Shown here in pieces: positions 10,370-18,192 of a stretch of 62,126 bases of DNA; position 1 is the first letter of the stretch; each line of letters starts with the position of its first letter. The notes below the pieces were generated by a model. That model was not told the origin of the DNA and made no database searches. It saw only the letters and a list, made by a program, of their open reading frames with translations. The stretch is from Candidatus Brocadiia bacterium (GTDB taxonomy: Bacteria; Planctomycetota; Brocadiia; SM23-32), in the NCBI GenBank assembly GCA_046538485.1, contig JBKHIT010000025.1, forward strand, positions 1-62,126, given 5' to 3'. Made by a program: the position numbers and the translations under genes.

Positions 10370-11869
10370 ATGACGAACCCCCGGCATACTTCACACTGGC
10401 AGACACGAGCGCGAAAGCCTGACAGATATGGCTCTGCGGCCGTGCGGTCGGGAAGCGCCAGCCCGACGGGGAAGGGGGCGCGGTCGAACTCCTGGACTCT
10501 GTGGTTGATATTGCCCGTTCTTCTGGGATTGTGCAATCTGTTGGGCTGCAAGAGCATACCTCAAATGTGGGGTGGCGGATCGAGAAAGGAAAAGAAGAAG
10601 GCCACGGACCCGGTCCAACTCCAACAGGAGCTAAACTTATTTGCCAGTACCGCGCTCGCGGACATCGCGGGTACCGCCAGCGAGATAGCCTCGGCCACCG
10701 AGAAGCGGCGCATCCGCGAGCAATCGCTGAGGTGGAAGATTGACGCGGCTGAAAAGATCAACGAGTCAATAGCACAATCGGACGTCAGGCGGTCGTTCCT
10801 GGCAATGTGGCTCGTGCTTGCCCGCGAACACCATTCACTGAAGGACGGCCAAAAATCCGACCTCTTCGGCGACCATCAGAAGATGGCCGTAAATCTGCTC
10901 GAACGACAGTTGCAGCAGGTTGAGAAACTGGGCGGGACACATTTCGCGCCGGAGATGATAGACGCGGCCAGGGACGACATAAGAAAGCTGGCCTCCAAGT
11001 CCATGGACGCTCCCGGCAGTGCGTCCAGCAGCATGAGCGGTCTGCACAGCGTTCCCGGCGACATCGGTCGCCTGCTTACCATCCCGCTGATGCCGTTCCA
11101 GGCCTTTTCTGATACGCCCACCGCAATCAGCCAGCTTGCCGTCTCCACCGATAGCTTCTCGACCGTGGCGGGCAACCTTCCCCGCCGCCTGCGCTGGGAG
11201 ATGGAACTTCTTTTGCTTGAGATGGAGTCTCTGGAGTCCGTGACCGAGTTTCGCGACAGCCTTCAGCGGAGCGTCCGGACGCTTGAACGGTTTTCCACCT
11301 GGGTGGAGCACCTGCCGCAGGAACTCCGCCAGGAAGTCCGCGAGGTGATCGCCGCCCTGGAGCGTAATCAGCCGCAGCTCCACGCCATGCTGACGGAAGC
11401 CCGGCAGGCCGCGACCGAAGTGAATGAGGGGCTGGGTAAGGCGCAGGTTACCTCCGACAGGGTTTCGAGGCTCGCCACTGAGCTGTCCGCCACGGCTGAC
11501 GCCTGGCAGAAAACCGTTTCGGCCCTCCAAAGGCTGCTCGGGGACTGGCGGGAGTATAAGGATTCACTGCCGCCCGCCCAGCCGGACAAGGAAAAAACCA
11601 CGGTGGCCGACTACCTGGCCCTTGCTAAGGAAACAAACGAAACGCTGACACAGGCTCGGGGGTTGCTGCACGATGTGCGACAGGCTGACCAGAACCAGCG
11701 GACGGTCTCGCGATTGTCCGTCGAGGCCACCAACCTGATGAATGCCCTGGTAATGCGTCTGGCGCTGCTGATAGGCCTGGTACTGGTGGCTGTCGTTGCC
11801 GGGCGCTTCATATGGGTACGGATTGGGCGGAGAGGACCGGGGGAGAGCGACCGGCTGACCGACCGATGA
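10370..11869 (+). CDS. Hypothetical lipoprotein, helical/coiled-coil, with C-terminal TM helix (start uncertain)
   Basis: Hydrophobic stretch with lipobox-like LLG-C, long amphipathic helices and C-terminal LALLIGLVLVAVVAG. The upstream part of the called ORF overlaps the radical SAM gene and looks non-coding. Confidence 0.7.
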   Translation: MTNPRHTSHWQTRARKPDRYGSAAVRSGSASPTGKGARSNSWTLWLILPVLLGLCNLLGCKSIPQMWGGGSRKEKKKATDPVQLQQELNLFASTALADIAGTASEIASATEKRRIREQSLRWKIDAAEKINESIAQSDVRRSFLAMWLVLAREHHSLKDGQKSDLFGDHQKMAVNLLERQLQQVEKLGGTHFAPEMIDAARDDIRKLASKSMDAPGSASSSMSGLHSVPGDIGRLLTIPLMPFQAFSDTPTAISQLAVSTDSFSTVAGNLPRRLRWEMELLLLEMESLESVTEFRDSLQRSVRTLERFSTWVEHLPQELRQEVREVIAALERNQPQLHAMLTEARQAATEVNEGLGKAQVTSDRVSRLATELSATADAWQKTVSALQRLLGDWREYKDSLPPAQPDKEKTTVADYLALAKETNETLTQARGLLHDVRQADQNQRTVSRLSVEATNLMNALVMRLALLIGLVLVAVVAGRFIWVRIGRRGPGESDRLTDR

Positions 11870-12221
11870 GGGCGGCGAAACCGTACATAATAATCCGTTC
11901 GGGATCAGCCACCTCGAGGATTCGCCGGACAATGTCATCCGTGGGCCGGTTTCGAACCTTCGTGCGGCGCGCAACGTTTACCGGGAGTTGGGCTGTTGAC
12001 GGAAACGAAAAACGGCAATGAAAGCGGCGCCCCCCCGTGGGCGTTTCTCAGGGAAAAGTGCGCAAGTTTTTGTGCAACTTATCTGCATCTGGATAGATCC
12101 TCCCCGGTAGACCGGCGCGACCCGCGCCCGCCGCACTCCGAAAAATTGAGCCGCCTGCACCACGCGCAAAAAACGGAAACTGAGATACGGTCACCGACCA
12201 TCAACCAGCTTGGTCCAAAAA

Positions 12222-12455
12222 TCAAACCGATACCGCAGCATAACGCAAGATTTCGATTTCGGCACCATGCTGAACAGCATTTTCCGCTAATTCATGAACC
12301 TGAGCTGTGATGTCCCGGGACAAATAATACTCCCCACAATTGCTGCACACCTGAGCCGGTGTGTCTTTGATGATGATCGTGGTCTCCCCGCGCTCAAGGG
12401 TTACGGTGGCAGTACCCTTGTCAGTAGTGCCCGTCTTGCAAATCACACATTTCAT
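12222..12455 (-). CDS. YgiT-type zinc finger protein (MqsA-like type II antitoxin candidate)
   Basis: MKCVICK..VPA-like TPAQVCSNCGEYYL two CxxC pairs. ATGA overlap with the upstream DUF4258 gene. GAGGAG RBS. Confidence 0.85.
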   Translation of the reverse strand: MKCVICKTGTTDKGTATVTLERGETTIIIKDTPAQVCSNCGEYYLSRDITAQVHELAENAVQHGAEIEILRYAAVSV

Positions 12456-12748
12456 GACTGTTCTCTCCTCGATCTGAATCCGTCCCCCCATAAATCAGGG
12501 GCGGGCCGATAGACCGTAACGACAATGCCTGTTTTCGTTTCCCGATCATGCGCGAATACTACATGGAGGGGGTTATTCCTCAAAAAACCGAGAACAAGAA
12601 AACTGGGATAGGGAGGATCGTCTGGATATTCAGCAATTATTTCACCGGTTTGTAAGATATCACGGACGTCTTCCTCTGTAATTTCACGTTCGAACATGCG
12701 CTTAATTGCATGAGCGCTGAAAACCAAGATCTCGAAGTCTATGTCCAT
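12452..12748 (-). CDS. DUF4258 domain protein (putative RelE-fold toxin)
   Basis: FSAHAIKRMFER.I...V..IL..GEIIAEYPDD.PYPS.LVLG....PLHVV..IVVTVYRP...W is the DUF4258 signature. Confidence 0.85.
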   Translation of the reverse strand: MDIDFEILVFSAHAIKRMFEREITEEDVRDILQTGEIIAEYPDDPPYPSFLVLGFLRNNPLHVVFAHDRETKTGIVVTVYRPAPDLWGDGFRSRREQS

Positions 12749-12920
12749 TTGGCCTTTGTCCCCGAACTTGTCGAAATGCCCGCCGGTTCCACACATGAAC
12801 AATCATTGAGACAACAAGTATTGTACGAAAGCCCCCGACTATCGTCAATAAGGCCGGACGGTGCGGCAGTCACGAGAACGGGAAGGAGATGAGGGGGGCA
12901 GCGACGGCGTTGGCGTCGAG

Positions 12921-13046
12921 GAAGTTGAGAAGCTGCTAAGTTTAGAAACTACGAAACTGCGAAGCGACGAACACGACGAATGGCAGACGGCGCCGAGGAG
13001 TGATCGGTGACCAGTCACCAGCAACCAGCAACCAAACCCCAACACC
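12921..13046. repeat. Imperfect 8-mer and 7-mer tandem repeat tracts
   Basis: GAAGTTGA GAAGCTGC TAAGTTTA GAAACTAC GAAACTGC GAAGCGAC, then GAGTGAT CGGTGAC CAGTCAC CAGCAAC CAGCAAC CAAACCC CAACACC. Confidence 0.55.
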
Positions 13047-13065
13047 GATTTCTCACGGATCCGAT

Positions 13066-13112
13066 TTGACGCAGGGGCCAAGTCGGGTTAAGATGGTATA
13101 TACTGGTATATT
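13066..13112 (+). promoter_or_regulatory. Sigma70-type promoter of the regulator plus candidate operator
   Basis: TTGACG (13066-71), 17 bp, TAAGAT (13089-94), immediately followed by GGTATATACTGGTATATT. Confidence 0.6.
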
Positions 13113-13132
13113 CATTTTCATGGTTGGGAGCG

Positions 13133-14314
13133 ATGGCTGACACGAAAGCGGAAGATATCTCGTCTGATTTGTTTGAGTTGAGTCCGGGTGAACGTGCCTC
13201 GCGTATGCTCCATGCCTGGATCAAGGAAGGTCGTTTCCCTGCGGGGCGGCGGCTTCCTTCGGAGCGTAAACTGGCGGATCGTATGAATGTTTCTCGCACC
13301 TCCGTGCGGTCGGCCATGGAGGAGTTGCAGGAGGAGGGGTTGATCACCATCCGTCCCGATGGCAGTCGGTGGGTATCGGAAGACGTATCCGTATCGCTGC
13401 TGGATGATACCGTTGCTATTTTTTCGGATTGCCCGGAAGGTCCCCGGGAACCCCGGGATCAGGAAAGTACCGGATGGGCGCATTACATACATCTTGGGGC
13501 TATTCAAGCTTTGCGGCGGGATGGGTTGCATTCCCTGAATTTGGAAAGTCAGCGCGTTCTGAGCCGAGGCCCCGGCTACCTGATATCGGAGTCGCTGCGG
13601 GGCATTATCGCACTGCGCAATTTTGTGCGTTTCGGGGGAGCTCAACCGACTTTACAGGCATTACGAGAGGCCGGGATTCCGGTGGTGGTATACGGGGATA
13701 TCAAGATGCTGCCGGAATTTGATACGGTCACTTCGGATCATGCAAAAGGCTGTTATGAACTGACGAAGTGGTTGGTGGGGCGGGGATGCCGGCGTATTCT
13801 CCGGTTTTGGGGCCTGGGGGGCGGTGAGGAAGACGGTTCGCCGGATTGGCTTCGGCGACGCGATTTGGGTTACGAGAGAGCGATGGAGGAGGCGGGCCTG
13901 GAAACCCTCCCATCTCTCAAGCTCCGTCAGGGTTCAGGAGCGGCGAAATCCGATTTTGAACATTCAACTCGCACCTATGCGGGTTACCTGATGGAATATG
14001 TGCAGGAACCCGACCCGGTGGATGCGATCATGGTGGTCAGTGACGGACTGTATTTCCCCACTGCGGCGGCCTGTCGGCTTCTGGGGAAAATTCCCCAGGA
14101 AGATATACTGATCGCGGGCTACGACAACTACTGGCAGGACGTGGTTGCGAGGCGACCGGAAAAAACGACTCCCGTGGCAACAGTCGATAAACGTAACATT
14201 CAGATTGGTCGAACTCTCGTCGAGTTGCTCGAGCAGCGTGCCGCCGGTGAACTTCCCCCCGGGCCCCAGCACAAGAGCGTGGAACCAGAATTGGTTGTTG
14301 TGGAAAATGATTGA
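13133..14314 (+). CDS. GntR-family transcriptional regulator with LacI-type sugar-binding domain
   Basis: wHTH RLPSERKLADRMNVSRTSVRSAMEELQEEGLI. C-terminal periplasmic-binding-like domain (VTSDHAKGCYELTKWL, RRRDLGY, DAIMVVSD, EDILIAGYDN). Confidence 0.9.
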   Translation: MADTKAEDISSDLFELSPGERASRMLHAWIKEGRFPAGRRLPSERKLADRMNVSRTSVRSAMEELQEEGLITIRPDGSRWVSEDVSVSLLDDTVAIFSDCPEGPREPRDQESTGWAHYIHLGAIQALRRDGLHSLNLESQRVLSRGPGYLISESLRGIIALRNFVRFGGAQPTLQALREAGIPVVVYGDIKMLPEFDTVTSDHAKGCYELTKWLVGRGCRRILRFWGLGGGEEDGSPDWLRRRDLGYERAMEEAGLETLPSLKLRQGSGAAKSDFEHSTRTYAGYLMEYVQEPDPVDAIMVVSDGLYFPTAAACRLLGKIPQEDILIAGYDNYWQDVVARRPEKTTPVATVDKRNIQIGRTLVELLEQRAAGELPPGPQHKSVEPELVVVEND

Positions 14315-14423
14315 AAGGAACGGGGGCCTGGGCGGCACCGTGCCCGCATCTTCAGGTGTTCGCGTTGGCTATCTCCCCGGATCCTCATGAGCCATTTGCG
14401 TTGATTGGAACTATTAGCTGTGC

Positions 14424-14609
14424 AGCAGTTTGCGAAAAGCGCAAAAAATATTTACCCCAAAAAAGTGCTCTCAGCGGCGCTGAAGTCCAGTCCGCTTGCC
14501 TGTCAATGGCTCGGCTACGAGGCCCTCCAGCGATCTCAGATCAGAGGGCGGGATCCGGGATGGCTGAATCCAGCATTCTGTTCCGGAGCTGATTCGTCTG
14601 CAAACTGCT
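14424..14609. repeat. Degenerate dispersed repeat/MITE-like element
   Basis: 10-bp IR AGCAGTTTGC/GCAAACTGCT. Internal GCTGAAGTCCAGTCCGCT is identical to 58318-58335, and the TGCCTGTCA..GG..CGGCT.CGA segment resembles the reverse complement of ~58020-58060. Confidence 0.45.
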
Positions 14610-14827
14610 TTTTTCCCTTTTCCGAAGGAAAACTTAAGGAATTTGCGCTCGCTGCGATGGGAACGGGGACACGATTTTTGGGAAATGCCTGGTTACCAGC
14701 ACCGCACCGACCCACAGCGCAAATTCCTTCGGGTGGGCTTCTGTTGGCTTCTGGTGGGGAAATTAAGCGTGTGCGTTGCGGATGGCAACCATGAAAACGC
14801 ACGATTACTTTTGATTAATGAGCTGTT

Positions 14828-16972
14828 ATGGCGAATAAAATCCAGTTTCAAAACGGTGTGGAAATTGAGTTGCGTCAGGAGCAGTCTGGTTTCAAAGGAC
14901 TCGGGAGTATCCGGGTCGATGATGTGGAACTGAGAAACGATCGAAGGCCGATGTTCGTTTCAATCAGGAATCCAGACGCAATCCAATTTGCGGATTGGGT
15001 GCTGGAAAAGGAAGAGGAAAGAGACGACGGGGTTGTGCTTGAGCTTTCCGGCCGCTGCCAGCAAAAAGGCATGATGGAATGGATGTGCCACGAGGTGCGC
15101 AATCGTCTGGCTCTACCGGATTGGACGGCCGGGTCGCAACCTGCTGAGGATACCCGCCTGGAACTTATGCTTCGCCCTGTTACGCGGACCATCGGCGGTG
15201 AACGATATGCTGGTTTCAGCTACCAGTATAAATACCGGAGCGAATCTATCCGCATCTACTGGATACTGGATTTTGCCACCTGGGAACCCGGTGGTGGAAT
15301 CGTGGGGGATACTTTCTGGTTGAGAAATAATTTTGTGCGACCGATCAGCACTCTTGAATCAACAGAAGACCGCTACTGCACCGAGTGGTATATGGACGAC
15401 ATACTTCAGCCGAATATTTTTCAATTCATCCCTTTCCAGACTGAGCTGCCTGGCTTCACCTATACTGCTTCGCCTGCCGGCACGCTCGTGACCTGGAGTC
15501 CTCGTGTGGCGCATATTCGTTCTCTGTTTCAGAAAAAAGAGGGATTTGATGAACTGGAACACTGGCACCAGCATTGCGGTGATCTGGCGTGTGAATTCGA
15601 GACAAGTCCCATGGAAGTGCTCTTTGTTCCGGGGGAGAGAGATTTTGTGGGGCATGCCAACCGTTGGGAAGCGGTGAAAGAAACCGTTTTTGAGACCTTG
15701 CACAAAGATATTGGGATGCGACGCGAACGGGTCAGTACTTACGGGATCATGGAAGAATGGGACGATGCCGATCTGGAGCTTTATCGGGAAGAAGGGCTCC
15801 CGAAGCTTATTAATGCGGGCATGCAGAAAGTGTATCTGGCCAACCATTTCCAGAATAATATGAACGTTTTCGGTGTCAGCAACATGTGCTGCACCGTCGA
15901 TTACAAAGTTGCCGAATCGGTCGGAGAGGATAAGCTGCGCCGGTTTTGCCAGGCAGCTCAAGAACACGGTTTGAAAGTGGATATGTGGGGCAACACCTCC
16001 ATTTCAACGCTCGGCTACATGGCGTGGCGGCCGAACGGCCGGCCGAAAAGGATCGATTTTTTACCCCGCGAAGATTCGATCAAGGAAGCTATCGACGAGG
16101 CGGAATGTCCCTTCGTGCGCAACCCTTCCGGTGCCATCGAGGCCGATCACTATGCCCCCGTGTTTGCTGTTTTGAATCTCAGAGATCCGGTCATACGCGA
16201 CTACTGGATGAAACGATGGTCGTATGCTGCCGAAGAGATCGGGCTGGACGGTATCTTTCTTGACAGTTCGTTCAATCTCTCGAGCGATAAGTTCCACTAC
16301 CAGCCCAATCCTGATCCGGGTCAGGGGGGTGGTAAACCTGCCGATGGGGTGAAACTGCGCAAGGCCCAGCGTCCGCGGGAAGAACCGCAACCGGTGATTC
16401 TCTCCCAGTACCGGGCTCACCTGGACCTGATGGTTCGCATGCAAGAGGCGGGCTACGATTACGGTAACGAGGACATGGGCGTGTTCGGCATCCACCGCCA
16501 CGGACCGGGCGTTAAGGTGCGAATGACGAGCCTCCCGCTGTGGTCGGAATGCCTGGCCTCATTCGATGCTGAAGCGATCGAACAGGGCGGGGACGATCCG
16601 GACGAGGTGTTTTTCAAGGGGCTCGCCTACCGTATGATGTGGCTGGTCTACTGGGATCCTGAATCGAATGAGTTGTCATTCAAAAACTGCGGAATTAAAA
16701 ATGAGCGGGACGTCCCAAACACCTGGCATATTGAGATGTTCAAGGCGTTTAACGAAGTTTCCGGTTACATGCGTAACAGAACCATTCTGCCGGGTGAGAA
16801 GGGCGTGAAATATACGTGCAAAAGAGAGGAAATTATATGGGCATTTGAGCCTTTTGACCGCCAGTTTGCCCGAGAGCGGGAAGTACAGATATTTCCCGGG
16901 GGAAAGGCGATCCATACGGATTCCCTCCGCACCAATGGGCAAAAAATATACCGGGTGACTTCAGATACGTAA
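14828..16972 (+). CDS. Uncharacterised glycoside-hydrolase-like protein (N-terminal beta-domain + TIM-barrel-like region), no signal peptide
   Basis: KLRRFCQAAQEHGLKVDMW, LNLRDPVIRDYW and GLDGIFLDS patterns are typical of GH27/36/13-like barrels. Trp/Tyr-rich. Confidence 0.6.
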   Translation: MANKIQFQNGVEIELRQEQSGFKGLGSIRVDDVELRNDRRPMFVSIRNPDAIQFADWVLEKEEERDDGVVLELSGRCQQKGMMEWMCHEVRNRLALPDWTAGSQPAEDTRLELMLRPVTRTIGGERYAGFSYQYKYRSESIRIYWILDFATWEPGGGIVGDTFWLRNNFVRPISTLESTEDRYCTEWYMDDILQPNIFQFIPFQTELPGFTYTASPAGTLVTWSPRVAHIRSLFQKKEGFDELEHWHQHCGDLACEFETSPMEVLFVPGERDFVGHANRWEAVKETVFETLHKDIGMRRERVSTYGIMEEWDDADLELYREEGLPKLINAGMQKVYLANHFQNNMNVFGVSNMCCTVDYKVAESVGEDKLRRFCQAAQEHGLKVDMWGNTSISTLGYMAWRPNGRPKRIDFLPREDSIKEAIDEAECPFVRNPSGAIEADHYAPVFAVLNLRDPVIRDYWMKRWSYAAEEIGLDGIFLDSSFNLSSDKFHYQPNPDPGQGGGKPADGVKLRKAQRPREEPQPVILSQYRAHLDLMVRMQEAGYDYGNEDMGVFGIHRHGPGVKVRMTSLPLWSECLASFDAEAIEQGGDDPDEVFFKGLAYRMMWLVYWDPESNELSFKNCGIKNERDVPNTWHIEMFKAFNEVSGYMRNRTILPGEKGVKYTCKREEIIWAFEPFDRQFAREREVQIFPGGKAIHTDSLRTNGQKIYRVTSDT

Positions 16973-17036
16973 TCCGTATGGTTTAAATACTGACTGAGAA
17001 ATGGGCGCACCTGCTTCGGGAGACCACAAATTCTAC

Positions 17037-17084
17037 TTGACACGGCAAGTATATCGCGGTAGCATTCGGTATAAAGTGGTATTT
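17037..17084 (+). promoter_or_regulatory. Sigma70-type promoter of first pilin-like gene plus candidate operator
   Basis: TTGACA (17037-42), 17 bp, TAGCAT (17060-65), followed by GGTATAAAGTGGTATTT (17068-84). Confidence 0.65.
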
Positions 17085-17141
17085 ATGTCGGTTTTGGTTT
17101 GGTTTGCGGGGGAGTGCGAGCGGTTGCAGGAGCGAGTGGAA

Positions 17142-17990
17142 ATGAAAAATGCGCCCGAAAGAAAAGCGCCTGGTTCCACATTGGTCGAGTTGCTCCTCGC
17201 CAGGCTCAGGGCAATGAGGAGGCGTGAAAAAGCAGGGTTCACGCTTATTGAGCTGCTGGTCGTTATCGCCATCATCGCGATCCTGGCCGCCATGCTTATG
17301 CCAGCGCTGGAGAGGGCGCGGGAGTCGGCATACACGATAAGTTGTGGCTCGAATATGAAACAGGTTGGGCTGGCCCTCCAACTGTACCAGAATGATTTCG
17401 ACGGAAAGTGGCCGATTATCCGAAGAGGCGGGGGCTGGAGCCCGGAAGTGAAGTGGGCAGCCGAGTTGTATGTGGCCGGGGTTTTGAATGACCACCTGCT
17501 GCTGTGTCCCGGTTCGGGTATTTCGAAAGGCCCCGGGAAAGACGGAGGGTGGAACGGACTGGTGTCGGAAGATTTGCGACCGGGACCGAACACGTGTGCA
17601 AAACCCGACATCGGCATGATTCGCTGGGGGAAAAGCAAAAGCTATCCGATGACCGAAAGTTTTCGCCCTGAGCAATACATCCCTTCTCCGAGCCACGAAG
17701 TAACCATTCTCGATTGCGGACGGAAAAATGGAGGAGATTTGCTGGATATCAAAGACCGAATGGGGAGTAACCCCTACGCGGAGATTCACGATACAGGCGA
17801 CATCTACGTGGGCATTGGCGATAGTGCCACCTCATACAACTTAACGAGTTTCGAAGGTCTGTCGCTGCGTCACGGTTATGCGACGAACGGGTTGTTTTTT
17901 GACGGTCATGTCAAACTCCTCAAAGGTGATGAACTGGCCCAACCGTCCCTGGGAGGAACCAACTCTGATTGTATCTGGGATGGTTATTGA
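17142..17990 (+). CDS. Prepilin-type N-terminal cleavage/methylation domain protein with H-X9-DG motif (P1)
   Basis: [63 protein letters not shown]. An extra degenerate GSTLVELL motif lies upstream. Confidence 0.9.
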   Translation: MKNAPERKAPGSTLVELLLARLRAMRRREKAGFTLIELLVVIAIIAILAAMLMPALERARESAYTISCGSNMKQVGLALQLYQNDFDGKWPIIRRGGGWSPEVKWAAELYVAGVLNDHLLLCPGSGISKGPGKDGGWNGLVSEDLRPGPNTCAKPDIGMIRWGKSKSYPMTESFRPEQYIPSPSHEVTILDCGRKNGGDLLDIKDRMGSNPYAEIHDTGDIYVGIGDSATSYNLTSFEGLSLRHGYATNGLFFDGHVKLLKGDELAQPSLGGTNSDCIWDGY

Positions 17991-18192
17991 ACGCGGGCCC
18001 GGGGGGCCCCGCGGCAATCTCACCGTTGGCCGGCTGAACGACGAGATTGGTTCAACAATGTTCCGCTGGTTTCGTAATGACATCCTGAACTGTTTACATG
18101 ACGCCCGTTGAACCCGGACCTGAGATGAGTCAGGCAAAACCGTGGTTTTTCCGAGCGAAATGGAAGGGCAGATACCGGTTATGGTAGGAGAG

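Noticed and set aside
12921..13046. CRISPR array
   Set aside because: The repeats are 7-8 bp and contiguous with no spacers. No cas genes in the window.
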